Shown one piece after another: positions 1-11,849 of a stretch of 64,000 bases of DNA. Position 1 is the stretch's first letter, and each line of letters begins with the position of its first letter. Source of the DNA: Octopus sinensis (Eukaryota). The notes below the pieces were generated by a model, which saw only the letters and a list, made by a program, of their open reading frames with translations, did no database searches and was not told where the DNA came from. The DNA lies in NCBI RefSeq assembly GCF_006345805.1, contig NC_042997.1, forward strand, positions 18,476,001-18,540,000. Reading direction: 5' to 3'. Position numbers and translations under genes: made by a program.

Positions 1-619
1 TTTACAATAGAAAAAAATTGTACAAGATATTGTAAAATGATACATTTTTACTCTACTACTATCTACCATGTGCCAACTAGAAAATATTGGTCTCCTTTTG
101 TTCTTTCAATTGTTTCTTGAGTAGTTTGGTTGTTTTTTTCTTTTGGCGCTACCAGAAAATATTGACATTAAAGTTATTGTAACACTTCCTAATTTCTTTT
201 ATAATGCTGAATGTTAGAAAATGAACAATGTGTTTCATTTGGAAACCAATTAATTGAAGAAAACATAAACATCAAGATGATTAATTAACTTTCTGTTCCA
301 GTGCACAGCGTTGTAAAAAAGATATGAGTCATCATTTACCGATTGTAGCTTGTCCTGTAAAAAACAATATCAACTATACTGGCCAAAGAATTGAAGTAGT
401 AGATATTATCAAACAGTCTTCACTGCCACCCACATTATACTGGCTGAAGTTAAAATCTGCAGTATTTTAGTTCTATAAGTCACTTTGTAAGTTCTAACTC
501 AGGTAAGCTTAGATGAAAGTAAGAACTTCATACACTTTCTCAAACACCCAAATGTGCACATCCACACACACACACACACACATTTTTTTTAAATTTAGAG
601 TTAATTTTGACCTACCATC

Positions 620-930
620 TGCTTGGTAGCAAATTTGTGAAGGAAAGCATCTTTTGCTCATCAACCTCTTGATCTTGCAGACTTTTTAGTCCCAGATACT
701 GTTTATTTGTAGGTATGGATTAAGAGGTTGCATTCTCTCTCCAAACTTTACTCTGGTTGGGCTGGTAGCTCCAATAATAATAAGTATGAAGCTAAAGATG
801 TATCTTGGGTACTGGATTTGCAAACATCTGATGTCCTCTTCTGTATTTTTCTGATCACATTGGTGTCCAGAGGGCAACAGATTTCTGTAACAGAGGATAT
901 ATTTTTCATGTTGTGTCACACAACAATATC
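620..930 (-). mobile_element. 3' fragment of a restriction-like-endonuclease (R4/Dong-type) non-LTR retrotransposon
   Basis: Minus-strand translation IRCLQIQYPRYIFSFILIIIGA...QINSIWD*KVCK matches the RLE C-terminus of the copy at 33.4-34.0 kb (LRNLQLLYPDYEFIFIPIIIGT...VQSVSGTVKICK). Confidence 0.7.
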
Positions 931-1035
931 TGGTCGGTTATGTTTTAACTTGATGGCTAATTTAATTTTCAAGTATTGTTCGGATATATCAGTCTCAATA
1001 TGTATTTGTGTATGTATGCATGTATGTATGTTTGC

Positions 1036-1195
1036 AGCTCTTGGTGGTCCAAATCAGATATGCAATCTATGTGGGTGTCTTTTGAATACATTGTCTGGTT
1101 TAAAAAGCCACATCAGATGCCATGACGGATCTAAGGTGTAAGTGCTCGAGGTGGTCAGACTCTGCATAAGGAGTAGACAACTACCATGTTTGTAT
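1036..1195 (+). mobile_element. RTE-type LINE 3' end (terminal C2H2-like knuckle, short 3' UTR, microsatellite tail)
   Basis: ICNLCGCLLNTLSGLKSHIRCH then stop, short UTR and (GTAT)n; RTE ORFs commonly end in CxxC...GLxSHxRxH. Confidence 0.55.
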
Positions 1196-2483
1196 GTATG
1201 TATGTATGTATGTATGTATGTATGTAGTATGTATGTATGTATGTATGTATGCACGTATGTATAATCAGTTGTCCATAAGTCAGAAATAAAAGTACATTCG
1301 ATTTAAGTAATAGTAATATGTATATTTATATATTGTCAGATGATACATTACTGGTTATGTCATATAATTGGTTGGAATGTTATTGTCAGTTTAATACCAA
1401 ATATTACTACTAGTCATATTGATAACACTTCAAACATGGTGATAGTCAGCATATAATCGATTTAGGTTCTAGAAACACATAGACTCTTGTCTAGTTTTGT
1501 GGGATGCAGAACTAGAGTGAAATCAGAAGAATGGGAAGGTTATTCTTTATGCATGTTGGCTGTGTGAGCATCGTTCTTTAGGTAAAAGAGGGATATGACT
1601 ACAATTTGCACTCATTGGCACAACATCTGCTAATTTAACTTTTTGCATGTAGGAAAGTGCCTGATCACATGATTTGTTTTTAGAATGAACCTCTGCTCTG
1701 CCAATCAAAGACTGCTTCTCCTGCTTCCATTAAGATGCAGCCTAGATCTTTCCTAGTACATCCATTTGATATTTCACAACGTTACACCTTTTAATCACCA
1801 TATATATATGTTCGCAGTCATACTACTCTGTTAAATGTCTATTTGAAATTAATTCTTGTGAACAGTTTTATGACCTGAACAGGCCTTTTCTTTATTTCTT
1901 TTTCTATTTCTCTTTCTTAATTACTTTTTTTCTCTCTCTTGAATTTAATTTCCTTCACCATCTATCTGGATTTTTTTCTGTCTGGGTTTTTACTGCCAGT
2001 TATATGTACAATGTGTATTAACATATGTATTCTGCTCATCTTTTGTGTATGCCTATGAAAAGTTATTTAGAGAGGGCTCCATCCTGCACCTATCTATATA
2101 CATACACACTTACATACATACATATATATATTATATACGTATATACATAAATACACACACACACACAAAATTATTTAAATCTACATATTTATGGGAATGG
2201 TTTCTATATCTCAAACCCTATACTCCATTTCTTATGTACTTTTATATTTTCGACAGTGATCTTTCCTATATATATATAAATGCTTTCCCAAATAAACTTG
2301 CAATGCATTTTAGGAGCTCCGATGAAGCTATTACGTGATGCAAAAGCACTCAGCTCTATGTTCTGAGTGCTTTGCATCTTATAGCTATAAGCTAGTGAAG
2401 TTCATTACATAATTTCCTGTTCCCTTGTCATCGATTAATAATTAATGTGTGTGTGCACGTGCGCAGGTGTGTGTGTGTGTGTA

Positions 2484-2634
2484 TAGGCACATGTTGTGTA
2501 GTAAGAAGCTTGCTTCCCAAACACATGGTTCTGAGCTTAGTATCACTGCACTCTTTCGGTAAGTGTCCTCTACTATAACCACGGGCCGACCAAAGCCTTG
2601 TGGATGGATTTGGCAGACGGAAAAGGAAAGAAGC

Positions 2635-2642
<8 letters not shown>
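2484..2642 (+). mobile_element. tRNA-derived SINE (family B, CORE-like, octopus OR-type)
   Basis: agaagcttgcttcccaaacacatgg...ggtaagtgtcctctactataacc...gaccaaagccttgtggatggatttgg; homologous to 48203-48362 and 49264-49410. Confidence 0.8.
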
Positions 2643-2704
<62 letters not shown>

Positions 2705-2860
2705 TTAATATAAACAGCAGTCTGCAAGGTTTTACCAAAAAGGAGAATTTTAATGTCTCTAAATGTGTCTAGGGTGTTAGGAAATACCTACATTGCTAGA
2801 AATAAGAGCTAAACCGCTCTAATGCACTTGAAGGAAAACATATACACTGATAGGTATCAT

Positions 2861-2898
<38 letters not shown>

Positions 2899-2959
2899 CA
2901 TACATACATACATACATACAAACAAGTATGTATATATAACTATGTAAATATATATATAT

Positions 2960-5035
2960 ATAGCTAAAATTTATAGAAACTCAAAAGATGAAGACAGGTG
3001 TATGAACAACAAGCAAGTGTATTAGTTTGACGCTTGAGAAAATGTAATTGTCTTTTACGTTTCGAGCCTATGCTCTTCAACAGAAAGGAATAAGAGGAAA
3101 TAAACAGAGAGAGAGTGAAAAACACGTGTAGAGTTCAACAGTCCAACATAGCAAGGGATTGGAATAAGAGGATGAAAAAAGGGAGATAATAATAAAAAAA
3201 GAGTTTGAATGAAGACGAGATAATAATAGTGCTAGTGATCGCAACAAGTGAAAGTGGTCATGCGTATGTGTGTATGTGAAAATGGTGTGAGTAAGTGTGT
3301 ACGTGTGAATAGGGGCAAGTGACTCTGACGTGTGTGCGTGTGTAATGCGCGTGCGTGTCTGTGACCAGACAGTGTGTGTATGTATGTGGGTGAAAGTTAT
3401 CTTTGTCTATCTATGTTGCGTGTGTTAATACATTTTGCATGTGTATGTATATATTGTCTGTGTTCAGGTATTATCTACTTGTGTTGGTGTGGGGCTATTC
3501 ATGATGGTGTGTGGTGTGTGTACTGAGTTAAACAGTGTGTGTGGCTGCTCATATAGTGGTATGTGTGCTGACGCTATTGAAGATTGTGTGTGTGTGTGTG
3601 TATGGATGATGGTGCGTGGTGTGGGTGCTGAGAGGTGGTCAGTGCTAGTGTATGTGGTGTGGTGTGGGGTTGGTTTTAAATGAAGAGAGGAGGTGAGGTT
3701 AGTGTCAGGTGAAAAGAGGATTTGAGTCAAGTGACTCAAAGGGGCGAAGAGAGAAGATTAATTCTTGTTCACAGCGAAGGCGGGATTCCGGATGGCCCTT
3801 GTGCAAAGACAATCCGAACGCAAACAGTGAATGACCAATAGAGCAGAATTGGCGCGAGACCGGGGTATCATTGCTAAGTCTGGTGTCTCAGAAGTGCTCC
3901 GCGAACCGGTCAGCCAAGCGGCGTCCTGCTTGACCACTGTACGGAGAAGGAAAGAGAAAGCAGAAGATGCAGTAAACGACATTACTAGAAGTGCAGGTAA
4001 TGGAGTCGGTGATGTGATAGGGGCGATGATGGGTGCCTGTGAGGATGGTGGTGTTGGAGAGGTAGGGCAGGTGCGACAGCGTGGGTAGAGCAGGGGGACA
4101 AGCCAAACTGGAAGGTGGGGTTAGGGAAGAAACTGTGGACTAGGAGGTTACGCAGGTTATGGACTCGTTAGAAGGAGGGAAGTAGTAGGTTGGGGAAAAT
4201 GTGCGAGGTGGAGAGTCGGACTGGAGTCACTGGAAGGCTCGGAGAATGGTGCATTGGAGCAGCAGGGTAGAGGAGTGATAGGTGGGAAACGGGAGATGGG
4301 AAACGGCAGGGTGGGTATGAGGAGAAATAGCAGAGGCACGGTCCACTGATCGTGTCCTGGCAAAGGCAGTGTTGATACTAGTGAAGGTGTATCCACGTAG
4401 GATGAAGTGGTAAGCCATGATTTGAGATTGAGTCATGGTTGTCACTGCAGAGCCTGCACAGACGGAGGAATGGAGAGTTTGGTGTGAGTGTAGTAGGAGT
4501 GTGGGTCAGAGTGTTTGTAGTGGATGGAGGTAGTGAGAGCAGAGTGGTGTATGCTGACACAAATGTCAAGAAATTTGACAGAAGAGTTAGATATAGTGTA
4601 GGAGAATTTGAGGATAGGATGGAAGGATTGGACAAAAGAGAGGGAGGAGTCTAGTTCATGGACGAGTGAGGTCGCGTCGATACAGCCATTGATATAATGA
4701 CCGTATAGTTCGGGAGTGAGAATTGTGAGAATATTTAGATCTCAGTGTAGCTGGTGAACAGATTCGCATAGATGGGGGCCCATTGTCGTTCCCATGGCCA
4801 CTCCCAAGATCTGTTGGTAAAAATACCCAGTGAACGAGAAGCAGTTGAGAGAGAGATTAAGTTTAGCCAGATGAGGAAGTGTGGAGGTTTCAAGTTGAGG
4901 GTCAGGCCAAATGTCTAGAAAGTGTTTGAGCACAACAAGAAGTCCTTCTTTGCTTTGGATCATTGTATATAAACTTTTGATATCAAAAGTGAACATAAAT
5001 TTAGTGGGCCGAAGGAAAGGAGAGAGAGAGAGAAA
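2960..5035 (-). mobile_element. Degenerate Penelope-like element (RT, GIY-YIG endonuclease, 3' pseudo-LTR)
   Basis: RT motifs FTFDIKSLYT and FYQQILGVAMGTTMGP (4742-5030); GIY-YIG ITCTSSNVVYCI...YSGQAGRRLADRFAEH (3890-4010); CA-rich 3' UTR; hammerhead motif at 3052-3088. Confidence 0.9.
3052..3088 (-). ncRNA. Minimal type-I hammerhead ribozyme motif
   Basis: CUUU-CUGUUGA-A-GAGC(AUAG)GCUC-GAAA-CGUA^AAAG: stem I CUUU/AAAG, stem II GAGC/GCUC, palindromic stem III ACGU; A6 is U. Confidence 0.7.
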
Positions 5036-5039
5036 GAGA

Positions 5040-6690
5040 GATACCCACAGACACACATGTATAATGAATTCAAGTAAACAAGCAAATTAAAAAACAACGA
5101 AAAAAGAAAACAAGAGATATAGTAATTTGACGCTTGATGAAGGGAGAGAGTTGTTGATAACATTTCGAGCATAGCTCTTCGTCAGAAACTGGAGAGTCCA
5201 AAGAGAAAGAAGGAAAAATCGCCATCAGTCCACGTGCAGTTAAATTTCTGAAGTGACCAGAAGTGGAAAGAGAAAGAGGAAGTCGTTTCTGGGACAGGAT
5301 AGTGTGAAAGTGGTTGGTGTGTGTGTGTGTTAGCGTGTGTGTGTAGTAGAATGTGTATGTATGGTAGCGTGTGTGTGTGCGTGTTGTAGTAACTGTGTGT
5401 GTGCCGTAGCAACTCTGTATGTGTGTGTGTGTGTGTCTATGTGTGGGTGTATATGCCGCTCTGAAAGGTCAATCATAAGTTAACTATAGTGAAAGGTGTG
5501 TGAATGGGTGGGTGTGTTTGTGTGGTTGTGTGTGCGTAGACGGAGTGGTTAATAGTGAGTGAGCGGCAGTTTGAAAGGTGTGTGTATGTGGAAGTGTATG
5601 TACGTGCATGTATATATATTTGCAAGTGTGTGTGTACTATGTATGTGTGTTGTGTGTATGAGCTATGTGTGTGTGTGCATGCGTGCGCGTGTGTGTGAAT
5701 GTGTGTGTGTGTGTGTGTGCATGCGTGTGTGTGTGTGCATGCGTGTGTGTGTGTGCGTGTGCGAGGAGAGAAGGGTGAAGAGGAGTGTGTGCGTGCGCGT
5801 TGGTGTAACTAAGGGTGTAGGTATTATGCGTGTTGGTGAGCATGTGTGTGTGTGGGGGAGTGCGTGCATGTGGGAGTGCGTGCATGTGTTTGTGTGTGGG
5901 GGGCATACGGATTTGCGTATGGTGTGTGTGTGTGAGTGTGGTGTTTGATAAGGTGTAAGGGTTGTGTATGTGCGTGGGGGTAGGGTGTGCATGTGGTGTG
6001 TGATAGGGTCTAAGGGGCAGGATGACAAAAGTGTGTGTATGTTGGTGTTGTTATTACTGTGTATGTTTGTGTGTGTGGCTGTGGCCGTGCATTTGTATGA
6101 GGTATGTGTGGATGTGTGTGTATATATGAGTGTGAGTGCGTGCGTATGAAGGTGTGTGTATGTGAAATAATTAAAAATACAATTTAAAAATAAAAACATG
6201 AAAAAACAAAGGCATGTAAAAATTAAAAAATAATACAAAAGAAATAATTTTAAAAAATGAAAATTAAATATAATAACAAAATGAAAAAGATTATAACAGA
6301 AATAAATTTTAAAAAATAAACAAATAAAATAGAATAAAATGCTTTTTTTAAAATATGTGAGGGGAATGTCACAGAAAGGTGGGGGTTGTGTTTAGTCCGA
6401 AAGGTACTTGAGTATGTAGAGTGAAAATGTAGTGCTGTTCCAGGCAGAGTTTATAGTTGGTGAATTCATGGTTTATGGCAAGGCCGAAGATGGTGAGGCA
6501 TGAGGTGGAGTGGCCGGTTAGTGAAAATGCTGGGCGACAGGGGTGTTTTGGTGGAATTTTGCATTAATTTCGAAGATATGGAATTTCCGTTCATATGCGT
6601 GGTTGAGCATTCCACAGATACCTGAGAAAAAATCAAAGTAAACCACATGCTCGCACCATATATAACAGCTTTTTATATGTTCACATTTCA
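5040..6690 (-). mobile_element. 3' part of a second, diverged Penelope-like element (GIY-YIG end, CA-rich 3' UTR, pseudo-LTR)
   Basis: CEHVVY...QNTPVAQHF...LCLEQHYIFTLHTQVPFGLN (6370-6690); shares tttgacgcttga with 3027-3038; hammerhead core at 5160-5190. Confidence 0.75.
5160..5190 (-). ncRNA. Degenerate hammerhead ribozyme motif
   Basis: GUUU-CUGACGA-A-GAGC(UAU)GCUC-GAAA-UGUU; core and stem II intact, stem III C>U, stem I pairing lost. Confidence 0.55.
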
Positions 6691-7279
6691 CACATATATA
6701 TATCAATTCCTAAAGTTTCCGTCTATCAACTATTGGTCAACCCGCTGTATAGCAGAAAACACCTAGCCAAGATATCGCGCAGTGGGATTGAAGCCACGTG
6801 CTTATGAAACGATTTTTTAAAACCAGATAGCCAAGCTAGTCTGCAAAAGCAAATATGTCAATAACCTTCTGCACACATTTTCCCCCGACGGAATCTCCAT
6901 TATTTCACGTATACCGCCATGCAGTTCAAATTATACAATACCTATGACCTTGATGTCTTAGAACATTAGCAAGCTTGTTGCTTTCAGCTTCTCCTCTTGC
7001 TAAATATACATAACATCTACCTTCTCATCCTGCAGCTTGATGTTGCTCCTCGCTGCTTCCATTCTTCCAGTCTTCCTGAGTTGGTCTTGTATCCATTATG
7101 GCTCTATCTATGGAAATAGATACATGCATACGTACATACATACAACCATATATGTGTTTGCGTGTGCGTAATTTGTGTATGCTTATGTATATATGTATGC
7201 ATGCGTATATGTCTACATGCATGCATTCATGTATGTATTTACATATGTGTGTGCGTATGTATATATGAGTGTATGTGTA

Positions 7280-7490
7280 CGATTCTGCAGACGAAAAGAT
7301 TACGTAATTTATCGGTGATAGACGAAACCGGTCTGTGATTAATTCTTGATTTTTTATATATCTTCATCTGTCTTGCCCACTTATATTCTGTTTGCTGAAT
7401 TTCTCTACACAACATTCTTTTCTTTGTAGTTAAATCGTGTGTGATCTTCTTCTAGCATATTGGTTATCCACCTAGTGGTTATCCCTAAAT
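7280..7490 (+). mobile_element. Penelope-type pseudo-LTR fragment with a broken hammerhead
   Basis: UGCA-GACGA...UUAUC(GGU)GAUAG-AC-GAAACCGGUC^UGUG followed by a pyrimidine-rich tail. Confidence 0.45.
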
Positions 7491-7599
7491 ATACACATGT
7501 ATTGAAATTTTTTCTGATTTTTCAGATTTTAAATATATATATATATACATATATGTGGGTATGGGTCTTTCGTATTGCAAAGTAGTCTGTGGGAGACCA

Positions 7600-7786
7600 A
7601 ATCCAATAGAGAAAGACTTTGTCAGAGTGTCATACTCTGTGATATGTTGATCAATGAAGAATGTAGGGGTAAATGAGTGGCTTGTGAGAGCTATGTATGC
7701 CATATGCAGAGGGGCAGTGAAGAAGGTGAGAACTAGCAAGGTGAGAGTCAGCTATGAGTTTAGTAACGAATCTAGTGTTTGCGTAA
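7600..7786 (+). mobile_element. RTE LINE RT fragment, left part (interrupted by the Chapaev-like insertion)
   Basis: Degenerate EKAFDRV...EWLVRA...KVR motif; continues at 10120-10165 with a QGSVLSP-like sequence (cagctcagttctcatccacctc). Confidence 0.7.
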
Positions 7787-10116
7787 GACTAGTCAACAAG
7801 TACTTTTCATGAAGCATACGTCAAGGTGTACTTAGTGTAGTTTTTAATGTTGATCTCAAATATACAATTAGCTTTTTTGGCATCACGTACAGTTTTCAAG
7901 ATGAGAATTTTTTTTTAGTTTTAGCCCATGCACTATATAGAAATTTCAGTTAATGACATGTATGCATGTATTTCATTTACATCATGGAAACATACCTTTA
8001 AAATAAACTACATTATTCATTGCTGCATAGTTCAGAGGCAATTGTTCACCATCTTAAATTAGCCAATCAAATTTTGTCTGCTGAAATAGGTATTTTAACA
8101 TCTCAAATTGTCCAGTCTGGTAAACTATTTCATCATCTTAAATTCAATATAAGTATAACCGTTTGTATCTATTTCCTTACTTGTTTTACAGTATTAACAA
8201 TGCCAAGACAGTGTAGAAAGCATTCTGATGTGTTATGCTATGTCTGTGGACAATTTATTGTGAAAGCTCAAACATATACAATAACACCAGAGAACAAGAA
8301 GATTTATAAGCTATACTTTGACTGTCCTCTTGGAGATCAGGACAAGTTATGGGCACCACATTTTATCTGCTCAGCTTGCTCAAATGGCAGACATTCCAAT
8401 ATCGAGGGAGCTGAAAGACCATTTTAATGACTGTTATTTTTGCAAAGTAAATGTCACAGGATTTTCTATGAAGAATAAACACAAAATTGTGTATTCCAAT
8501 TTGGATTCTGCAATGAGATCTGTGCCTCACAATGGAAGTCTGCCAATTCCAGTTCCACCAAATGATGGTATTAAAACATCAGATCATGATGCTGACTGTT
8601 ATGATAGCGCTGCTGAGGAATATTATGTGGTTGATGACGATAGCTTTGAACTCCAGAAATTTTCTCAAGCTGAATTGAATGACCTTGTCAGAGATGTATC
8701 CCTCTCAAAAGATAATGCAGATCTGTTAGCAACAAGACTGAAGGAGAAGTAACGGCTAGAGCACAGTGTTTGTATAACTTATTTTTGACAGAAAAATGTG
8801 GGTCTACAAACATGTTATTCTGTTGAAAGCTCACTTTGCTTTTGCAATCGATGGACTTTTCAAATGTTTATCACAAAATTATGATCCTGCAGAGTGGCAT
8901 TTGTCTATTGACTCTTCAAAACGAAGTTTAAAAGCTGTACTTCTCCATAATGGTAATTTGAAGCCCTCCATTCCTATTGTACACTCAATTCATCTTCTTG
9001 AATGATATGAGAATATGAAGCTTTCACTTCATACCATTGCCTATGAAAAATACTCATGAAAAAGATCTGGAGACTTAAAAGTCATTGGAATGTTAATGAG
9101 AATGCAGTCAGGTTTCACGAAATGCAGTTGTATCTTGTGTTTATGGGATAGTCGGGCAACTGACAGGCATTATTTGGAATCAAACTGGCAGACAAGTACA
9201 TCATACCAGCCAGGACTGTCTAGCATGAAGAATACACCTCTTGTAGATCCATGGAATATCCTACTGCCGCCTTTGCACATGAAGTTTGAACTGATGAAAC
9301 AGTTTGTAAAGACGCTAGGGAAAAGAAATGCCAAAGGGTTTGAGTATATTGTAGAAAAGTTACCCAAAATCATACAGGTGAAGTTGAAAGAAGATATCTT
9401 TGTCGGACCCCAAATTAGAGAAGTACGCAAAGGTGTCAATTTCAAGACAACACAGGATGAACTGGAACTGCCTGCCTGGAATGCTTTCAATTGGATCTGT
9501 GAGAATTTCTTGGGTAACAAGAAGGCAATGGACTACAAAGATGGCATCAAGAATCTTTTGAAATGTTACTCAGCAATGGGTTGTTCCATGTCATTGAGAG
9601 TTCACTTCTTGGACTCCCATCTGTATTTCTTTACAGATAACCTTAGAGCAGTGTCTGATGAACATGGTGAAAGATTTCACCAGGACATTAGTGCTATGGA
9701 GAAACGGTACCAAGGCTTCTGGAATGATAGTATGCTGTCTGACTACTGCTGGACACTTTACCATGATCAACCAGATCAGGAACACCGCAGAAAATCCAAA
9801 TCACAATGTTTCTAACTCTGTTCTAATTTTATTTGTTTTGCCCGACCCAATTTTTGTGCATTATTTCGTTGTACAATGATAGAGATGATTTTTAACTCAA
9901 TAAACTCATTTACTTTCTAAAAAAATAAATGTCCTTATTTATTACGTTGATGATTTCATATATGCAAATATGTAAATATTTGCATGTATCTACTGAAAAG
10001 CTGATACGTGTTGCATACAAATGGAGTTAAATTTTGAAATCAACATGAAAAATTAGTCTACAAACGTTGGTTTGCATTCATAATGATTATAATGCAATTA
10101 ATTTTGTTGACCAGTG
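7787..10116 (+). mobile_element. Chapaev3-like (CMC superfamily) DNA transposon, full length, inactive
   Basis: Termini gactagtcaacaa (7787) and ttgttgaccagtg (ending 10116), TAA on both sides, similar subterminal motifs, internal transposase remnant, RTE sequence resumes on both flanks. The family name is from recall of Chapaev3 features (CAC..GTG ends, 3-bp TWA duplication). Confidence 0.8.
8200..9815 (+). pseudogene. Transposase pseudogene of the Chapaev3-like element
   Basis: CYVCG...YFDCPLGDQDKLWAPHFICSAC; IDSSKRSLKAVLLHNGN; GDLKVIG...CILCLWDSRA; LLPPLHMKFELMKQFVK; SDEHGERFHQDI...YCW; several frameshifts and stops. Confidence 0.9.
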
Positions 10117-10224
10117 TAATTATCACAGCTCAGTTCTCATCCACCTCGTGCTAATTATAACAATGTGTACAACTGGAAAAAATATTCCAGTAGTTATTCA
10201 CAAATTAAAAAGAAATGTCCCATG

Positions 10225-10545
10225 AGCGAGGTCGAACATTTGAGCGAGATCATTGCCAGTGCTGCTGGACTGGCTCCTGTACAGGTGGCACGTAAAAAAC
10301 ATGATTTGAGTATGGCCGTTGCCAGTACTGCCTGACTGGCCCTCGTTCTGGTGGCACGTAAAAGCACCCACTACACTCTTGAAGTGGTTGGCATTAGGAA
10401 GGGCATCCAGCTGTAGAAACTCTTCCAGATCAGATTAGAGCCTGGTGCAGCCATCTGGCTCACCAGTCCTCAGTCAAACCATCCAAATTATGCAAGCATG
10501 GAAAGCGGATGTTAAACGATGATGATGATGATGATGATGATGACT
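10225..10545 (+). mobile_element. RTE-tail SINE or LINE 3' end (family D) with (GAT)n tail
   Basis: ggtggcacgtaaaagcacccactacactc...ggttggcattaggaagggcatccagctgtagaaac...gcatggaaagcggatgttaaacgatgatg; partial copies at 60000-60105 and 49110-49165. Confidence 0.75.
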
Positions 10546-10819
10546 TTATTGCCAACATTTCTCTGTGGCTAATGCTATGTATTCTCTCTTGTCCCCATTT
10601 GAGACTTATTGAAGCCTAACATCTTTCTGCATGCGTTCAATACTAATAACTTTGATGGTTGATGCAATACTAAATCATTATGGAAACATTTGGACATGTG
10701 CAATTGCCCACTGACTGTTGTCAAATGATTTCACAAACTCTTTATATTTCAAATCAGAAAACAGATTGCAAACTACTCATCCCCTTCTCTTCTTATCAAA
10801 TTCAATGTCGGCATGATGA

Positions 10820-11100
10820 AAGAAGGTCTGAAGAAGTCACAGAGATTCTTATGAAGAGGAATGTATATTGTGTACAAGAGCTAAGGTAGCTTGAAATTTA
10901 TGCAAACTCCATATGAGCAAAAAATAAAGCTCATGTTCTTTTGGGTGAGCAACACTTGTGCTGTGGGTGGAGTAGGTAGTGATATGGGTAGGTAAAATAG
11001 TCAGTGTTGCAGAGCTGTCTTAGCATAAGTAAACTAAGACTAATCTTGGATAATACATTTGCTGTATTCATCTCTGAACATGATCTACAATGAAGGCTGG
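10820..11100 (+). mobile_element. RTE LINE apurinic-endonuclease remnant
   Basis: Degenerate GRSxEVxExL.RR.V..CVQE.R motif followed by an FFWVGN..GVGGVG-like segment. Confidence 0.55.
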
Positions 11101-11849
11101 CAGAAGAATAATAATGTCGATTCTATATAACTTCCGTGAAGACTACCTTAGCAACAAATGGCAATACATCATCTTGGACGATGAGTTCAAAGAAAATAGT
11201 GAGCATTGAGGGTATGGCATTGGTTAGAAGAATCTAATTCATTGAGGCAGACTTTATACAGATGATCTTCCTGTCACCAACTCTCACATTTTTCCAAGCA
11301 AGGCAATATTTTTCTTAGTCTCTTGAACACAAATAGTAGAATAGGTGGAGATATTTCTGTGGAAGATTGACAATGAATGGGCTGTTTAATGATCCTATAA
11401 TATTTTGGTAAAAATTATTCCTTTCAAATAAGAGAAAGTAATCAAAGAGTTTGGAGTAATGTGCTATTACTGTACTTTTAGTTATGGCTGGTTAAGATAG
11501 GTAATATCAGTAGCTAGTAACTGCAGGAAATGTGGTGTGGTGTGGTGTGGTAGCAGTGGCAGTAGTATGTGGCGTAGTACAAGTTAGTGTGGATGTTTGC
11601 AGTAATGATGAGAAAGGTAATTGAAAAATTGCTGAACATTAAGGTAAGGTTAGTTAGTAGGTAAGGTATTTCAAGAATTACTTTGTTCACATAGGGTAAA
11701 CTGTACTAAGTAATTGATGGGGTAAAATATATTGCAGTGGTGTGGTGAATGTGTTAGATATAATTTAGAAAGATGACTGAAGAAGAGTAAATTAAAGGTA
11801 GGCGAATTGAGCTTGTTTGAAAAGTCAGTTCGCATCATACAATTCGGTT

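Noticed and set aside
728-1141. 137-aa ORF ending in a C2H2-like finger as a host zinc-finger gene
   Set aside because: Its 5' part is the antisense of a LINE fragment, and the single finger with short UTR and microsatellite tail fits an RTE 3' end
5559-6238. Long HT/CV-repeat ORFs (also at 35.6-36.2, 39.2-39.7 and 63.2-63.7 kb)
   Set aside because: They are translations of (CA)n/(TA)n microsatellites
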